From Candidatus Sericytochromatia bacterium (GTDB lineage Bacteria > Cyanobacteriota > Sericytochromatia > S15B-MN24 > UBA4093), in the NCBI GenBank assembly GCA_036676985.1, contig JAKFBU010000038.1:1-64000 (forward strand): a stretch of DNA of 64,000 nt, written 5' to 3'. This document shows, one piece after another, positions 1 to 9,806 of the stretch. Position 1 is the first letter of the stretch, and every line of letters begins with the position of its first letter. Made by a program: the position numbers and the translations under genes. The notes under the pieces are model-generated. The model had not been told where the DNA came from. It worked only from the letters and a program-made list of their open reading frames with translations, and made no database searches.

Positions 1-234
<234 letters not shown>

Positions 235-301
235 GGGGTTTGTGGTTCCTCCTCGATGTAGCCTTAACTTGGAGTTAAGAAAGTGAAGGCAAATAAAAAA
301 A

Positions 302-377
302 TGGAGCCCACGACCGGGATTGAACCGGTGACCTTATCCTTACCAAGGATACGCTCTACCGACTGAGCTACGTGGGC
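302..377 (-). tRNA. tRNA-Thr(GGT)
   Basis: GCCCACGTAGCTCAGTCGGTAGAGC...TTGGTAA...GGTTCAATCCC...GTGGGCTCCA cloverleaf, CCA encoded. Confidence 0.96.
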
Positions 378-381
378 ATAA

Positions 382-466
382 TGGTGGAGGGAGTTGGATT
401 CGAACCAACGAAGGCAGAGCCGTCTGATTTACAGTCAGATCCCTTTGGCCACTTGGGTATCCCTCC
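382..466 (-). tRNA. tRNA-Tyr(GTA)
   Basis: GGAGGGATACCCAAGTGGCCAAAGGGATCTGACTGTAAATCAGAC...GGTTCGAATCC...CCA; long variable arm. Confidence 0.96.
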
Positions 467-686
467 AAGTTTTTCGGGCTGGGGCCCGGTGAGTGGGGCG
501 CTTGCTGCGCGCCAATCACCTCCAAACGTTATCACGAGCTTAAGCGACGTGTCAAGGTTTCTCGGCTGCTCAATCTTCGAAGCTTGTTTGTGTGTCCGAG
601 AGCTTGGCCGCGCGGCCGTTTGGATGACCTGCGACGAGAACCAAGCGTAGCAGGAGCTAGCATGTTGCGCAAGGGGGAGTGGCCAT

Positions 687-1184
687 ATGCGCATCGGACT
701 GGTGGCGGACACGCACATGCCGCGCTTCGGCTCGCGGCTGCCCGAGCCCTTGATCCGGGGGCTCGCGGGCGTCGACCTGATCCTGCACCTGGGGGACTTC
801 ACGTCGCCCGAGGTGGTGGCGTGGCTCGAGGCGATCGCCCCCCTCGAGGCGGTGGCGGGCAACAACGACCCGGCGGAGCTCGTTTCGCGCTACGGCCGCC
901 GGAAGATCGTGACGGTCGGGGGCGTACGCATCGGCCTGGTGCACGGGGACGGGACTCACGGCACCACCCGCGAGCGGGCGCTTGCGGCCTTCGACCCCGG
1001 CACGGTGGAGGTGGTGGCCTTCGGCCACAGCCACGCGCCCTTGATCGAGCGGCTACCGGATCGCTGGCTCGTGAACCCGGGCTCTCCGACGGACAAGCGG
1101 CGCAACCCCGCGTATTCCTATGCCCTCCTCCGCGTGGAGGGCGGGGACGTCTGGCCGAGCCTCCACACCTACGAGCGCAAGTGA
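687..1184 (+). CDS. YfcE/MJ0936-family metallophosphoesterase
   Basis: DTH, HLGD, GNND, HG, GHSH and NPGS motifs. Confidence 0.9.
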   Translation: MRIGLVADTHMPRFGSRLPEPLIRGLAGVDLILHLGDFTSPEVVAWLEAIAPLEAVAGNNDPAELVSRYGRRKIVTVGGVRIGLVHGDGTHGTTRERALAAFDPGTVEVVAFGHSHAPLIERLPDRWLVNPGSPTDKRRNPAYSYALLRVEGGDVWPSLHTYERK

Positions 1185-1188
1185 CGGC

Positions 1189-1581
1189 TCAGGGACGACG
1201 GGCCGGCTCGAGCCGGGGGCTCATCTCCTCCAGGAGTGCCAGCACGTCCCGGCGCTTGAAGGGCTTGGTCAGGTAGGCGTCCGCGCCCGCCGCGAGGCCT
1301 GCGGACCGATCGACGCCGGAGGCGCGTGCCGACTGGCAGATGACGAGCGCGTCGAAGCCCGGCAACTCCTTGAGGCGCCGGATCGCCTCCAAGCCGTCGT
1401 ACTCCCCGGGCATGACCGCGTCCATGAACACCAGGTCCGGGTGCAGCTCTCGGGCGCGCTCCACGGCCTCCGGCCCGTTCGTCACCAGGATCACCCGGTG
1501 GCCCTCGCCCGTGAGGATGACGTTCAGGATCTCGAGGTTGTACGCGTCATCGTCCGCGACCAGCACGTTCAAGGCTCGCAT
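1189..1581 (-). CDS. Single-domain response regulator
   Basis: VADDD, FMDAVMP, TKPF receiver motifs; GGAGGT RBS before ATG at 1581. Confidence 0.88.
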   Translation of the reverse strand: MRALNVLVADDDAYNLEILNVILTGEGHRVILVTNGPEAVERARELHPDLVFMDAVMPGEYDGLEAIRRLKELPGFDALVICQSARASGVDRSAGLAAGADAYLTKPFKRRDVLALLEEMSPRLEPARRP

Positions 1582-1724
1582 GGCATCCACCTCCGTCATG
1601 CACTATACGGAAGGCGGGCCCGCGGCACCTCGGTGATCCGCTCACAATCCGACCCCGCCTTTGGCGCAAAGCGCCGAGCCGGGGTCGAGTCAAGGCTGAG
1701 GGCGACGAATCGGGGGGTGAAAGC

Positions 1725-2099
1725 TTAGCAGACGGGAAGGAGTTCCTCGGGCAGCATCTGGTGGCTGAGGGCGGGGGCCTGGAGGGCGGCCGGCACCAGA
1801 TCGACGAGCTCGTCGTCGGGGTGAGCGTCCATCACCAGCGCTTCGAGGTGCCGGGCCAGGCGCAGGCCCGCCTCCCGGCTGGGCGTACGCCAGAGGTAGA
1901 CGGCGCGCGACTCGTAGTTCGAGTTCTCGTACAGCACGACCTTCCATTCCGCGTCATCGCCCTTGACCGTGATGTCGGCCCGCTCGCCCTTGAGGTAGAG
2001 GGCCAGCTTTCGGTGCTCCGGGCGGAGCGATTGATTCAGAATTTCGGTGTAGTCCTCGAACATACTGGGTCTCCCGGCAGACGGCGGGGCATCGGCCAT
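1725..2099 (-). CDS. Hypothetical protein
   Basis: 124-aa ORF with host-like codon usage; start may be the internal MFEDY. Confidence 0.6.
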   Translation of the reverse strand: MADAPPSAGRPSMFEDYTEILNQSLRPEHRKLALYLKGERADITVKGDDAEWKVVLYENSNYESRAVYLWRTPSREAGLRLARHLEALVMDAHPDDELVDLVPAALQAPALSHQMLPEELLPVC

Positions 2100-2252
2100 T
2101 GGTGGTCTGCTTGGCGCACGTGGCTTCTACCGAGGGCTCCCATACCCTTTGATCGCGAAGTTCAATCACGATTTCTTCACGACTCGGCGTTTTGCGGCAA
2201 AAAACGGGCAGTATAAATAAGTTCGTAACGAAAACCGCGAAATTGCGCCGCG

Positions 2253-3167
2253 TTAGGTGGGCTCGCCGGCAGGAGTCCGGGCGGCCCCTCCCCGCAACGC
2301 CTGGGAGTTGGCGAGCACCACGCCGGCGAGCACCAGCCCGATTCCGGAGAGCTGAATGGCCGTGGGGCGCTCGTGCAGAAAGAGGGTGGAGAGGGCCAAG
2401 GCCGAGACGGGCACCAGGTACGAGAAGCTGGCGGCCCGGCTCGCGCCGATCCGGGCGATGCCGCGATGCCAGAGCCAGAAGGCGGCCACCGTCCCGCCCA
2501 CCGCGAGGTAGAGGACGCCGAGCCAAAAGGTCCACCCCCCGGCGCCCGCGGGGATCTCGAACAGGGCGCTGCCGGCGACGGGCAGCAGCATGAGGGTTCC
2601 GAGCGCGCTCGAGTAGAGGGACGTGGCGAGGGGAGAGAAGCGGCGGGCGGCGGCTCGGCCGAGCAGGGTGTAGGCGGACCAGCAGACGGCCGCCGCGAGG
2701 TAGTACAGGTCGCCTACCAGCCGGTCCGGCCGCGAGTCCGCGGTCGTGAGGGCGTCATGGAAGACGAGGCCCTCACCCCCGATGGCCAAGAGGACGCCCG
2801 CGACGCGGGCGATCGTCAGGGGCTCGCCGAAGAGCATGCCCGCGACCAGCAGCGTGATGAGCGGATGCAGGGCCGGCGTGATCATGGCCCCGTCGGCGGC
2901 CCCCGCCAGCTGCATGGCCTCGAAGGAGAGCCAGTTGTAGGCAAGCACGCCCGTGGCCCCCATGCCGGCGAGCACGGGCAGGTCGCGCCAGGTGGGAAGC
3001 GCCTCGGCCTTGCGGCGCGGCCAGAACAGGACGAGGAAACAGGGCGTGGCGATTAGGAAGCGCCAGGCCCCGACGGTGAGCGGGGGCGCCGCGTGCACGC
3101 TGAGCGTGCCGACGACGAAGAAGCCGCCCCACAGGAGGGCCACCAGGATGAGGGAGAGCGTGGTCAT
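2253..3167 (-). CDS. DMT/EamA family transporter
   Basis: About 10 hydrophobic helices, duplicated EamA pattern (LWG..., LFGEPL, LFLHER). Confidence 0.9.
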   Translation of the reverse strand: MTTLSLILVALLWGGFFVVGTLSVHAAPPLTVGAWRFLIATPCFLVLFWPRRKAEALPTWRDLPVLAGMGATGVLAYNWLSFEAMQLAGAADGAMITPALHPLITLLVAGMLFGEPLTIARVAGVLLAIGGEGLVFHDALTTADSRPDRLVGDLYYLAAAVCWSAYTLLGRAAARRFSPLATSLYSSALGTLMLLPVAGSALFEIPAGAGGWTFWLGVLYLAVGGTVAAFWLWHRGIARIGASRAASFSYLVPVSALALSTLFLHERPTAIQLSGIGLVLAGVVLANSQALRGGAARTPAGEPT

Positions 3168-3235
3168 GCCCCCAGTTTAGCCCGTCAGAACGCAATGCGC
3201 GAGCCGGCTAGCCGGCTCGCGCGTGAGGCTGAGAC

Positions 3236-3784
3236 TTAGTACTCGACGTAGCGACCGTGGGTCCGGGCACGCTCGACCCACCGGGAGACCGTCGCCAGGG
3301 AGGGCATGCGGTCCACCATGGTCTTGCCACCCTTGGTCTGGACGGCCTGCAGAGCCACGAAGAGGTTCTGGGCGCTGCGCGTGGAGAGCTCGGCGACGGT
3401 GTCGACGCCGGCGTCCTCGAGCATGCGGCTGTAGACCGGGCCCACCTGCGTGATGCGCATCAGGTCGGCGTGGTTGACCCAGGTCATGAGGAGCTTGGGG
3501 CTGATGCCCGTGGCCTTGGCGAGCTGGACGCGGTCGGCGCGGGTATTGCCGGCCTCGAGCAGGTCGGCGACCTTCTTGATGCCCTGGGCCCGGAGCGCCG
3601 CGGCATAGGCCGGACCGATGCCGAGGATCTCGAGGGTCGAATGGATATCGGTCTTCTGGGCCTCGACGGTCGTGGCGGCCGTGGGAGCGACCGACGCGCC
3701 GGGCGTCGTGCCGCAGCCGGCGACGAGCATGGAGAGGGCCAGGGCGAACAGCGGGAGATGACGAGCCAACATTGCAAACACCAT
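3236..3784 (-). CDS. DUF4332-like lipoprotein (helix-hairpin-helix)
   Basis: Lipobox VAGC; GIGPAYA, WVNHADLMRI, LEDAGVDTVAELS motifs. Confidence 0.8.
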   Translation of the reverse strand: MVFAMLARHLPLFALALSMLVAGCGTTPGASVAPTAATTVEAQKTDIHSTLEILGIGPAYAAALRAQGIKKVADLLEAGNTRADRVQLAKATGISPKLLMTWVNHADLMRITQVGPVYSRMLEDAGVDTVAELSTRSAQNLFVALQAVQTKGGKTMVDRMPSLATVSRWVERARTHGRYVEY

Positions 3785-3953
3785 CCTTTATGGGGAGTGG
3801 GTTTCGCTGGTTTCGGCCCCGAAGGGCTTCGGTTATCCGGATCCCATTAACTAAACCTTAAACAAGGTATAACACAACGATATTGTGCTCAGCAAGGGCC
3901 TTGCAAGGTGTTAAGTCAACGATAATTAAACGATAAATCGTTAGGAGATTAAA

Positions 3954-4568
3954 TCACCACTCGTCGAGCACGTCGTGGCGCACGACGGCCCCCGGCTCGA
4001 TGGCCAGGCCGTTGCCCATGGAAATGTACTCGAGCACCTGGCAGCCGCTGCCCAGGAGGTTGCGATCGCCGATGTGCACCCCCGCGGCGATGTTGACGCC
4101 GGAGTGGATGACGTTGTAGCTGCCGATGTGCGCGTCGTAGCTCACCGTGGCGTTCATGTTGAAGAGGTTGAAGTCCTGCACCTCGATGTCGCACGTGAAG
4201 CGGCAGCCGGGGGCGATGACGTTGCCCCGGCCGAACTCGACGCGCCGGAAGTCCAGGGTCGCGGAGGGGTGGATCAGGTTCGGGTATTCGAAGCGAGCCC
4301 CCTGATCGAGGTAGCGGGCGAGCACGGCCGCCCGCACGGCCGGACGCCCGATGGCGATGATGAGGTCGGCCTCGACGCTCTGCGAAAGGAGCCAATCGTC
4401 ATCGCCGATAATGCTCCCAAGGCCCAGGTCCTTTCCGACCAGGGCCGTGGAGTTGCCGATGAAGCCCATGAGATCCCAGCGGTGAGCGCGGGCGTTCACG
4501 TGCTCCACGATCATGGCCATCTCGCGGGCCAGACCGCCGGTTCCGATGATGATGAGGCGACGTCGCAC
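3954..4568 (-). CDS. NeuD/PglD-like sugar O-acyltransferase (hexapeptide repeat)
   Basis: IIGTGGLARE, AIGRPAVR, NLIHPSA followed by left-handed beta-helix repeats; GTG start with RBS. Confidence 0.85.
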   Translation of the reverse strand: MRRRLIIIGTGGLAREMAMIVEHVNARAHRWDLMGFIGNSTALVGKDLGLGSIIGDDDWLLSQSVEADLIIAIGRPAVRAAVLARYLDQGARFEYPNLIHPSATLDFRRVEFGRGNVIAPGCRFTCDIEVQDFNLFNMNATVSYDAHIGSYNVIHSGVNIAAGVHIGDRNLLGSGCQVLEYISMGNGLAIEPGAVVRHDVLDEW

Positions 4569-4641
4569 GATTGGGCCTCCTGGCCTTGGGGAACAAGCGA
4601 ACATATACCCAGGGGCACGGCGGATGTGCACGGGAGGGGCG

Positions 4642-4950
4642 ATGAGACGGCTCAGCCGTGAAGAGAAAGAGCTTGCCTACGCGTTCATGGGCAAGGTGAA
4701 CGAGCACACAGGCCAGGTGGCGCGGTCCCTGACCTACACGCGCGTCCTGAGCCAAGAGCTCCGGATCAACCATACGCTCGTCGAGGTGCTCGCCGTTCAG
4801 CTCAAGGAGCGGGGTCTCATCGACATCAAGGGAGTGGGCGGCGGCCTGCGCATCACGCCCCGCGGCGTCGCCGAGCTCGCCGAGGTCGAGGCGTCGGGCA
4901 CCAGTGAGCACCTGTCGCGACCCCACGACGAATCGAGCGCCGTCGACTGA
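4642..4950 (+). CDS. Small hypothetical protein, possibly winged-helix
   Basis: GGAGG RBS; LKERGLIDIKG...LRITPRG resembles a wHTH wing. Confidence 0.55.
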   Translation: MRRLSREEKELAYAFMGKVNEHTGQVARSLTYTRVLSQELRINHTLVEVLAVQLKERGLIDIKGVGGGLRITPRGVAELAEVEASGTSEHLSRPHDESSAVD

Positions 4951-4977
4951 CGGCGCCCGGGGATCGATCGGGATGGC

Positions 4978-5124
4978 TTAGTGGCCGTAGGCGGCGAACA
5001 GGTAGACCACCAGGGCCAGGACCAGCCCGAGGACGATGGCGCCGATGGCGACGCCGCCCGCATGCGAGATGACCGGCTGCTCAGCGGCGGTCGGGGCGTC
5101 GGGCGCGGCTTTCACGGTATCCAT
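4978..5124 (-). CDS. Small single-pass membrane protein
   Basis: AAAGGA RBS, 48 aa with one hydrophobic helix. Confidence 0.55.
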   Translation of the reverse strand: MDTVKAAPDAPTAAEQPVISHAGGVAIGAIVLGLVLALVVYLFAAYGH

Positions 5125-5268
5125 GATTCTTCCTTTACGTCGTAGCGAACGGTGGGTGGGCCCGTGGGGCCGAAACCCACAGCAGTATACCACTGACGCC
5201 CCCCCTAGCCGTCAAGCGCCCTGACGCCGCCCCTCGCCCTCCTGGGAAGCCGAGCGTACAATGGAGCC

Positions 5269-5523
5269 ATGCGCATCGCCGGGTTGAACTTCGAGGTGGG
5301 GGCCGCCACCGGCGCCCATCACCTGATCTGGGGCCAGGAATACAAGCTCCTGGGCCTGGTGGCCATCCCTACGGGCACCCTCTTGTGTCAGCAGGCCGAG
5401 GGGCCCATCACCTCATGGGGAGGCGTGCCGAACTGCCCCTGGTGCCTCAAGGAGGCCGAGAAGCTCGATCCGGACTTCGAGCCCGGGGAGCCGCCCCCTC
5501 CCGACCAGTTGCGCCTCTTCTAG
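5269..5523 (+). CDS. Hypothetical protein with possible Zn-binding HH..C..CxxC
   Basis: 84-aa ORF preceded by TACAAT-N6. Confidence 0.55.
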   Translation: MRIAGLNFEVGAATGAHHLIWGQEYKLLGLVAIPTGTLLCQQAEGPITSWGGVPNCPWCLKEAEKLDPDFEPGEPPPPDQLRLF

Positions 5524-5556
5524 CGACAGACCGTGGGCCCGGCGCTCGAGCCGCGC

Positions 5557-5943
5557 CTACCGGCCGCCGTCGGTGGCGATCGCATCCAGGATTTCCAACA
5601 GCTGCCGGCGCTTGTAGGGCTTGGTCAGGTAGTGAGTACACCCCGCATCGTGCCCGGCGAGCTGGTCCGAGACGCTCGCCCGGGCGGAGACGCAGACGAT
5701 GGGCAATTGCCGCGTGCGGGGATCGTGGCGCAGGTGCCGGGCCACGCTGAGCCCGTCCAAGCCCGGCATCATGATGTCGAGCATGACCAGGTCGAAGGCG
5801 TCCGGCTGTGCGAGGCAGCGTTCGAGCGCCTCGGTGCCGGTTTCGCAGGACGTCACCCGGTGGCCGGCCGACGTCATCATGATCGTGGCCACTTCGCGGT
5901 TCGAAGGGTCGTCGTCGGCTAATAGGACGTGCAGCGGTCGCAT
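5557..5943 (-). CDS. Single-domain response regulator
   Basis: LADDD, MLDIMMPGLDG, TKPY. Confidence 0.88.
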   Translation of the reverse strand: MRPLHVLLADDDPSNREVATIMMTSAGHRVTSCETGTEALERCLAQPDAFDLVMLDIMMPGLDGLSVARHLRHDPRTRQLPIVCVSARASVSDQLAGHDAGCTHYLTKPYKRRQLLEILDAIATDGGR

Positions 5944-6111
5944 GCGGTCCACTATACGGGGCGATCGATCTTCACGCAAGCCTCACGTTGGTTCTGGTTC
6001 GCCCGGGCGTCAGGAGTCGACGGCTCAAATCGCGGCCGCACCGCGCACGGCGGCCCAGTCTTGCGGCGGGGTGACAGGAGGAAGGGCGGGTGGGGCGCGA
6101 GCTCCGGGAGG

Positions 6112-7152
6112 CTACGCCGGGGGCAGCGGCATGGACCGGTTACGTCCTGTTTCCTTGGCCGAGTAGAGGGCGCGATCGGCGGCGGCGATGAGGTCGCCGG
6201 GCATCGTGCCGGGGATCGGGGTCATGCAGGCGACCCCCAGGCTGAGGGTCACGTGGGCGGCGCAGGCAGAGCGCTCATGGGGCAGCCCAAGGGCGGCGAC
6301 GGCCGCGCGGACCCGCTCGGCGAGGCGGTAGGCACTGTCCTGCGCCGTATCCGGCAGGAGGAGGGCGAACTCCTCGCCGCCGTAGCGGGCCGCGATATCG
6401 CCTGGCCGGTTTGCGAAGCCTGCGATCGCTTGGGCCACCTGCACGAGGCATGCATCGCCCTGCAGGTGACCGTAGTGGTCGTTGTAGGCCTTGAAGTAGT
6501 CGATGTCCATCAGGATCAGGCTGATGGGCTGGCTCTTGCGGGCCGCGCGTCGGAGCTCCCGGTGCAGCGCCACGTCGAAGGCACGGCGGTTCGCGATGCC
6601 CGTCAGGCCATCGAGCGTGGACAGTCGCTCGAGGGTCTCGTTGGCCTCCTGGAGCCGTGAGGCGAGCTCGACGAGCGTGCGTTCATGGTCCTTGACCGTG
6701 TCCAGCTGGTGCTTGTAGCGCAAGGCGGAGCGGATCCGGGCCAGGAGCTCCACGCGATCGATGGGCTTGCGGATGAAGTCCATGGCCCCGGCCTGGAACG
6801 CCTGCTCGAGGTCATGGGAGCCGGTCTTGGCGGTGATGACGATGATGGGCGTGTCGTCCAGCGCCCGATCGGCGCGGATCCAGCGGCACGCCTCGATCCC
6901 GTCCACGCCGGGCATCATGAGGTCGAGCAGGATCAGGTCGTACGGGCACCGGCCCTCGTCGTCCCGCCTTTCCAGGAAAGGACGCGCCGCCTCGAAGGAC
7001 TCGACCGTCTGGACGAACGGGTAACCGGCCTGGTCCAGCATGGCCTCGAGCACGAGCCGCATCTCCTCGGCATCGTCGATCACGAGGAGGGAGGGGGTGC
7101 GTTCGGCGTCCGTGAGGACGGGGACGGGTTCGTTGCGGACCGTGGAATTCAA
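6112..7152 (-). CDS. Response regulator-diguanylate cyclase (REC-GGDEF)
   Basis: N-terminal receiver; DGLTG, DIDYFK, RPGD I-site, RYGGEEF. Confidence 0.93.
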   Translation of the reverse strand: MNSTVRNEPVPVLTDAERTPSLLVIDDAEEMRLVLEAMLDQAGYPFVQTVESFEAARPFLERRDDEGRCPYDLILLDLMMPGVDGIEACRWIRADRALDDTPIIVITAKTGSHDLEQAFQAGAMDFIRKPIDRVELLARIRSALRYKHQLDTVKDHERTLVELASRLQEANETLERLSTLDGLTGIANRRAFDVALHRELRRAARKSQPISLILMDIDYFKAYNDHYGHLQGDACLVQVAQAIAGFANRPGDIAARYGGEEFALLLPDTAQDSAYRLAERVRAAVAALGLPHERSACAAHVTLSLGVACMTPIPGTMPGDLIAAADRALYSAKETGRNRSMPLPPA

Positions 7153-7336
7153 GATCGGCTGGCCTCTAGGCAGCGGGGCGACGCGTGACGGCGGACTACC
7201 AATGTCATCGGCACTTCGGGCGTCCGACTTGAGCCGGAAACGGCATTGTCAGCTTGGTTGAGGAGCCTGGCACCGCACGCTCGCCATGGGGCGTCCTTCC
7301 GGACTGACGAGCCTTATGAAACGCCGGTGCGGGAAG

Positions 7337-8647
7337 TCAGGCCCCGGAGGTGCCCGAGGGCTTCTCGCGGGCGGCTTGGACGGTGGTGGCGGTCTGGAGG
7401 GGCAGCGTGAACCAGAAGGTGCTGCCCTTGCCAGGCTTGCTTTCCACCCCGATCTGGCCGTGGTGCGCTTCGACAAGGGACTTGCTGATGGTCAGGCCGA
7501 GCCCGGTTCCGCCCGCCACGCGCGTCGAGGTCATGTCGAGCTGCGTGAACGGCTGGAACAGCTTGGGGACATCGGGCGGAGCGATGCCGATGCCCGTGTC
7601 CTGGACTTCACAGCAGATCGCGTCTGGTTCGAGGTGGGCCCGGACCTGGATCGTGCCTTCGGCCGGCGTGAACTTGATGGCGTTGCTGACGAGGTTCAGC
7701 AGGACCTGGCGGATTCGCTGCGGGTCCGCGACGAGCTCGGGCAGGTCGTCGGGCACGTCGTCCATCAGGGACTGGTGCTTGCTCTCCGCCAGCGGACGTA
7801 GGGCCGACAAGACGTCCTTCACCAGGTCGCGAAAGGCCATGGGCTTGGGATTCAGGCTGAACTTTCCGGCCTGGATCCGGCTCATGTCCAACAGGTCGTT
7901 CACCAGGGACAGCAAGGTATCCGCCCCTGCCAGCATCTTTTGCAGGTACGCATGCTGGATCTCGGTGAGCGGTCCCACCACCTCGTCGTCCAGGATGCTG
8001 CCGAAGCCCGTGATGGCGTTGATGGGGGTGCGAAGCTCGTGGGAGAGGATGGAGATGAACTGGTTCTTGAGCTTGTTGGCCTCCTTGAGGGCCTCGATCC
8101 GCTCACGCTGCAGCTGTTCGCGCTCCGTGAGGTCCCGGGTGACCTTGGCGTAGCCGAGGAGGTTGCCGTGTTCGTCTCTCAGCGCCGTGATGACGGCGTC
8201 CGCCCAGAAGGGGGTGCCGTCCTTGCGGAGGCGCCAGCCCTCGTCCTCGATGTGCCCGTGCTCGCGGGCCAGCGTGAGCAGGCGAGCCGGCTTGCCGGCG
8301 GCCACGTCTTCCGGTCGGAAGAAGGTCTCATAGGGCTTGCCGAGGATCTCTCGCTCGTCGTAGCCCTTGATGCGTTTGGCCCCGGCGTTCCAGGTGGCCA
8401 CCTTGCCCTCGGCATCGAGCATGAAGATGGCGTAGTCGTGGACCGAGGAAACGATGAGCCGAAAGAGGTCCACGTTTTTCTGGACGGCGTTCTGGAGCGT
8501 CGCACCGCTCGGGGTGGTCGGCGTGGCCTGGGGCGGGTCCTCGCTCGCTGATCGGCGCAGGCGCTCGAGCTCTCGACGTGCCTCATCACGCTCGTCCAGG
8601 GCCTGCTTGAGCTGGGCCTTCAGGTCGTCAGTCGAATCGAACTTCAT
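7337..8647 (-). CDS. PAS sensor histidine kinase
   Basis: PAS (DYAIFMLD..WNAGA, RKDG); SHELRTP H-box; NAIKFT, DTGIG, GGTGLGL. Confidence 0.93.
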   Translation of the reverse strand: MKFDSTDDLKAQLKQALDERDEARRELERLRRSASEDPPQATPTTPSGATLQNAVQKNVDLFRLIVSSVHDYAIFMLDAEGKVATWNAGAKRIKGYDEREILGKPYETFFRPEDVAAGKPARLLTLAREHGHIEDEGWRLRKDGTPFWADAVITALRDEHGNLLGYAKVTRDLTEREQLQRERIEALKEANKLKNQFISILSHELRTPINAITGFGSILDDEVVGPLTEIQHAYLQKMLAGADTLLSLVNDLLDMSRIQAGKFSLNPKPMAFRDLVKDVLSALRPLAESKHQSLMDDVPDDLPELVADPQRIRQVLLNLVSNAIKFTPAEGTIQVRAHLEPDAICCEVQDTGIGIAPPDVPKLFQPFTQLDMTSTRVAGGTGLGLTISKSLVEAHHGQIGVESKPGKGSTFWFTLPLQTATTVQAAREKPSGTSGA

Positions 8648-8758
8648 TTATCTTAGTAAAGCATGGGGCGCGGTGGGGTACAACGGGTGGATCCGGCCAT
8701 GGATCGTCTCAACGGCCACCCGGCACAGACACCGTGCCTCCGCGCCTCCCGACACGAA

Positions 8759-8788
8759 GGGCGGACCCAGTCCTGGACTGGATCCGCC
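8759..8788 (-). terminator. Hairpin downstream of tRNA-Thr
   Basis: GGCGGAcCCAGTC-ctg-GACTGGaTCCGCC inverted repeat. Confidence 0.55.
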
Positions 8789-8794
8789 CGCTAG

Positions 8795-8866
8795 AGCCGG
8801 CGACAGGAGTCGAACCCGCAACCCCCTGATTACAAATCAGGTGCACTACCATTGTGCTACACCGGC
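8795..8866 (-). tRNA. tRNA-Thr(TGT), CCA not encoded
   Basis: GCCGGTGTAGCACAATGGTAGTGCACCTGATTTGTAATCAGGGGGTTGCGGGTTCGACTCCTGTCGCCGGCT. Confidence 0.94.
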
Positions 8867-9020
8867 CAATATCCGCATGTTATCAAGGCGCTAGACACCG
8901 GGTCAAGCGAGGGCCGCATCTCCCGCAAAAAAAGCTTAAACTAATCTTTACCGATTAACACCTTAATCACTTCGATACCAATCCTTAAGGTTACGCTCCG
9001 CACGCTCAAGGAGGTCCTCC

Positions 9021-9740
9021 ATGGCTGGTATCAGCGGCATCGGCGCCCAGGCTCCGGTTCGTCCCAAGACCTACGCCCCCACCGTCGAAGGCGTCGGCGT
9101 TCAGGCCGGCGGCGGCGCGCCCCTCCGCATGGACGGCGACAGCTTCACCAGCGTGGTCCGCATGGGCACCCCGCTCATCAAGGTCGGCCTCGAGCACGCC
9201 AACGTCGGCTTCCTCGGTCGCCTGTTCGGCGGCGGCGGTGCCGCGGGCGGTATCTCGGGCGGTATCAGCGGCGGCGTGTCGGGTGGCGTCACGGGGGTCG
9301 TCTCGGAGGGCCTGTCCCTGGGCGGCTCGGCCGCGGGCGGCGTGATGAGCGGCGGCCTCGGCGGCGGCATCGGCGGGGCCGTGAGCGGCGTGGGCAACGC
9401 CATCAAGCAGGGCCTCGGCGTGTTCGTCGGTGCCCTCAAGTCCAACTTCCTCATCTCGGCCGCTGTCTCGGGCGTCACCAACCTCGCCGAGGTGGTCATG
9501 GGTAAGACCACCCCCCAGAAGGCGATCGCCACCTTCGCCGTCGACACGGCCGCCTACACGGGCATCGGCGCCACCAGCACCATGATCGGCGCGGCGCTCG
9601 GCACCTTGATCCCCATCCCCTTCGTGGGCACCGCCCTCGGCATCGCGGCCGGCATTGGTCTCGGCTTCCTGTACGAGAAGACGGTCCGCAGCGGTCTGGT
9701 GAAGTCCGCCGGTCAGGCCCTCTTCAAGCAGGACGTCTAA
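9021..9740 (+). CDS. Glycine-rich protein with C-terminal hydrophobic glycine-zipper hairpin
   Basis: AAGGAGG RBS, strong codon bias, GAALGTLIPIPFVGTALGIAAG. Confidence 0.75.
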   Translation: MAGISGIGAQAPVRPKTYAPTVEGVGVQAGGGAPLRMDGDSFTSVVRMGTPLIKVGLEHANVGFLGRLFGGGGAAGGISGGISGGVSGGVTGVVSEGLSLGGSAAGGVMSGGLGGGIGGAVSGVGNAIKQGLGVFVGALKSNFLISAAVSGVTNLAEVVMGKTTPQKAIATFAVDTAAYTGIGATSTMIGAALGTLIPIPFVGTALGIAAGIGLGFLYEKTVRSGLVKSAGQALFKQDV

Positions 9741-9806
9741 CGCTTTCTCGACGAGCGCCTGTCCGGGTATATTGCCCGGGCAGGCGCATTTTGCTGGAAG
9801 GGGTCC

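Noticed and set aside
264-278. TTAA-N7-TTAA between tRNA-Thr and tuf as a member of the proposed regulon
   Set aside because: It is also a simple inverted repeat (CTTAACT-tgg-AGTTAAG) inside a tRNA-tuf transcript; an RNA hairpin explains it equally well.
467-8794. Prophage or integrative element at tRNA-Thr
   Set aside because: No integrase, phage genes or duplicated tRNA 3' end were seen.
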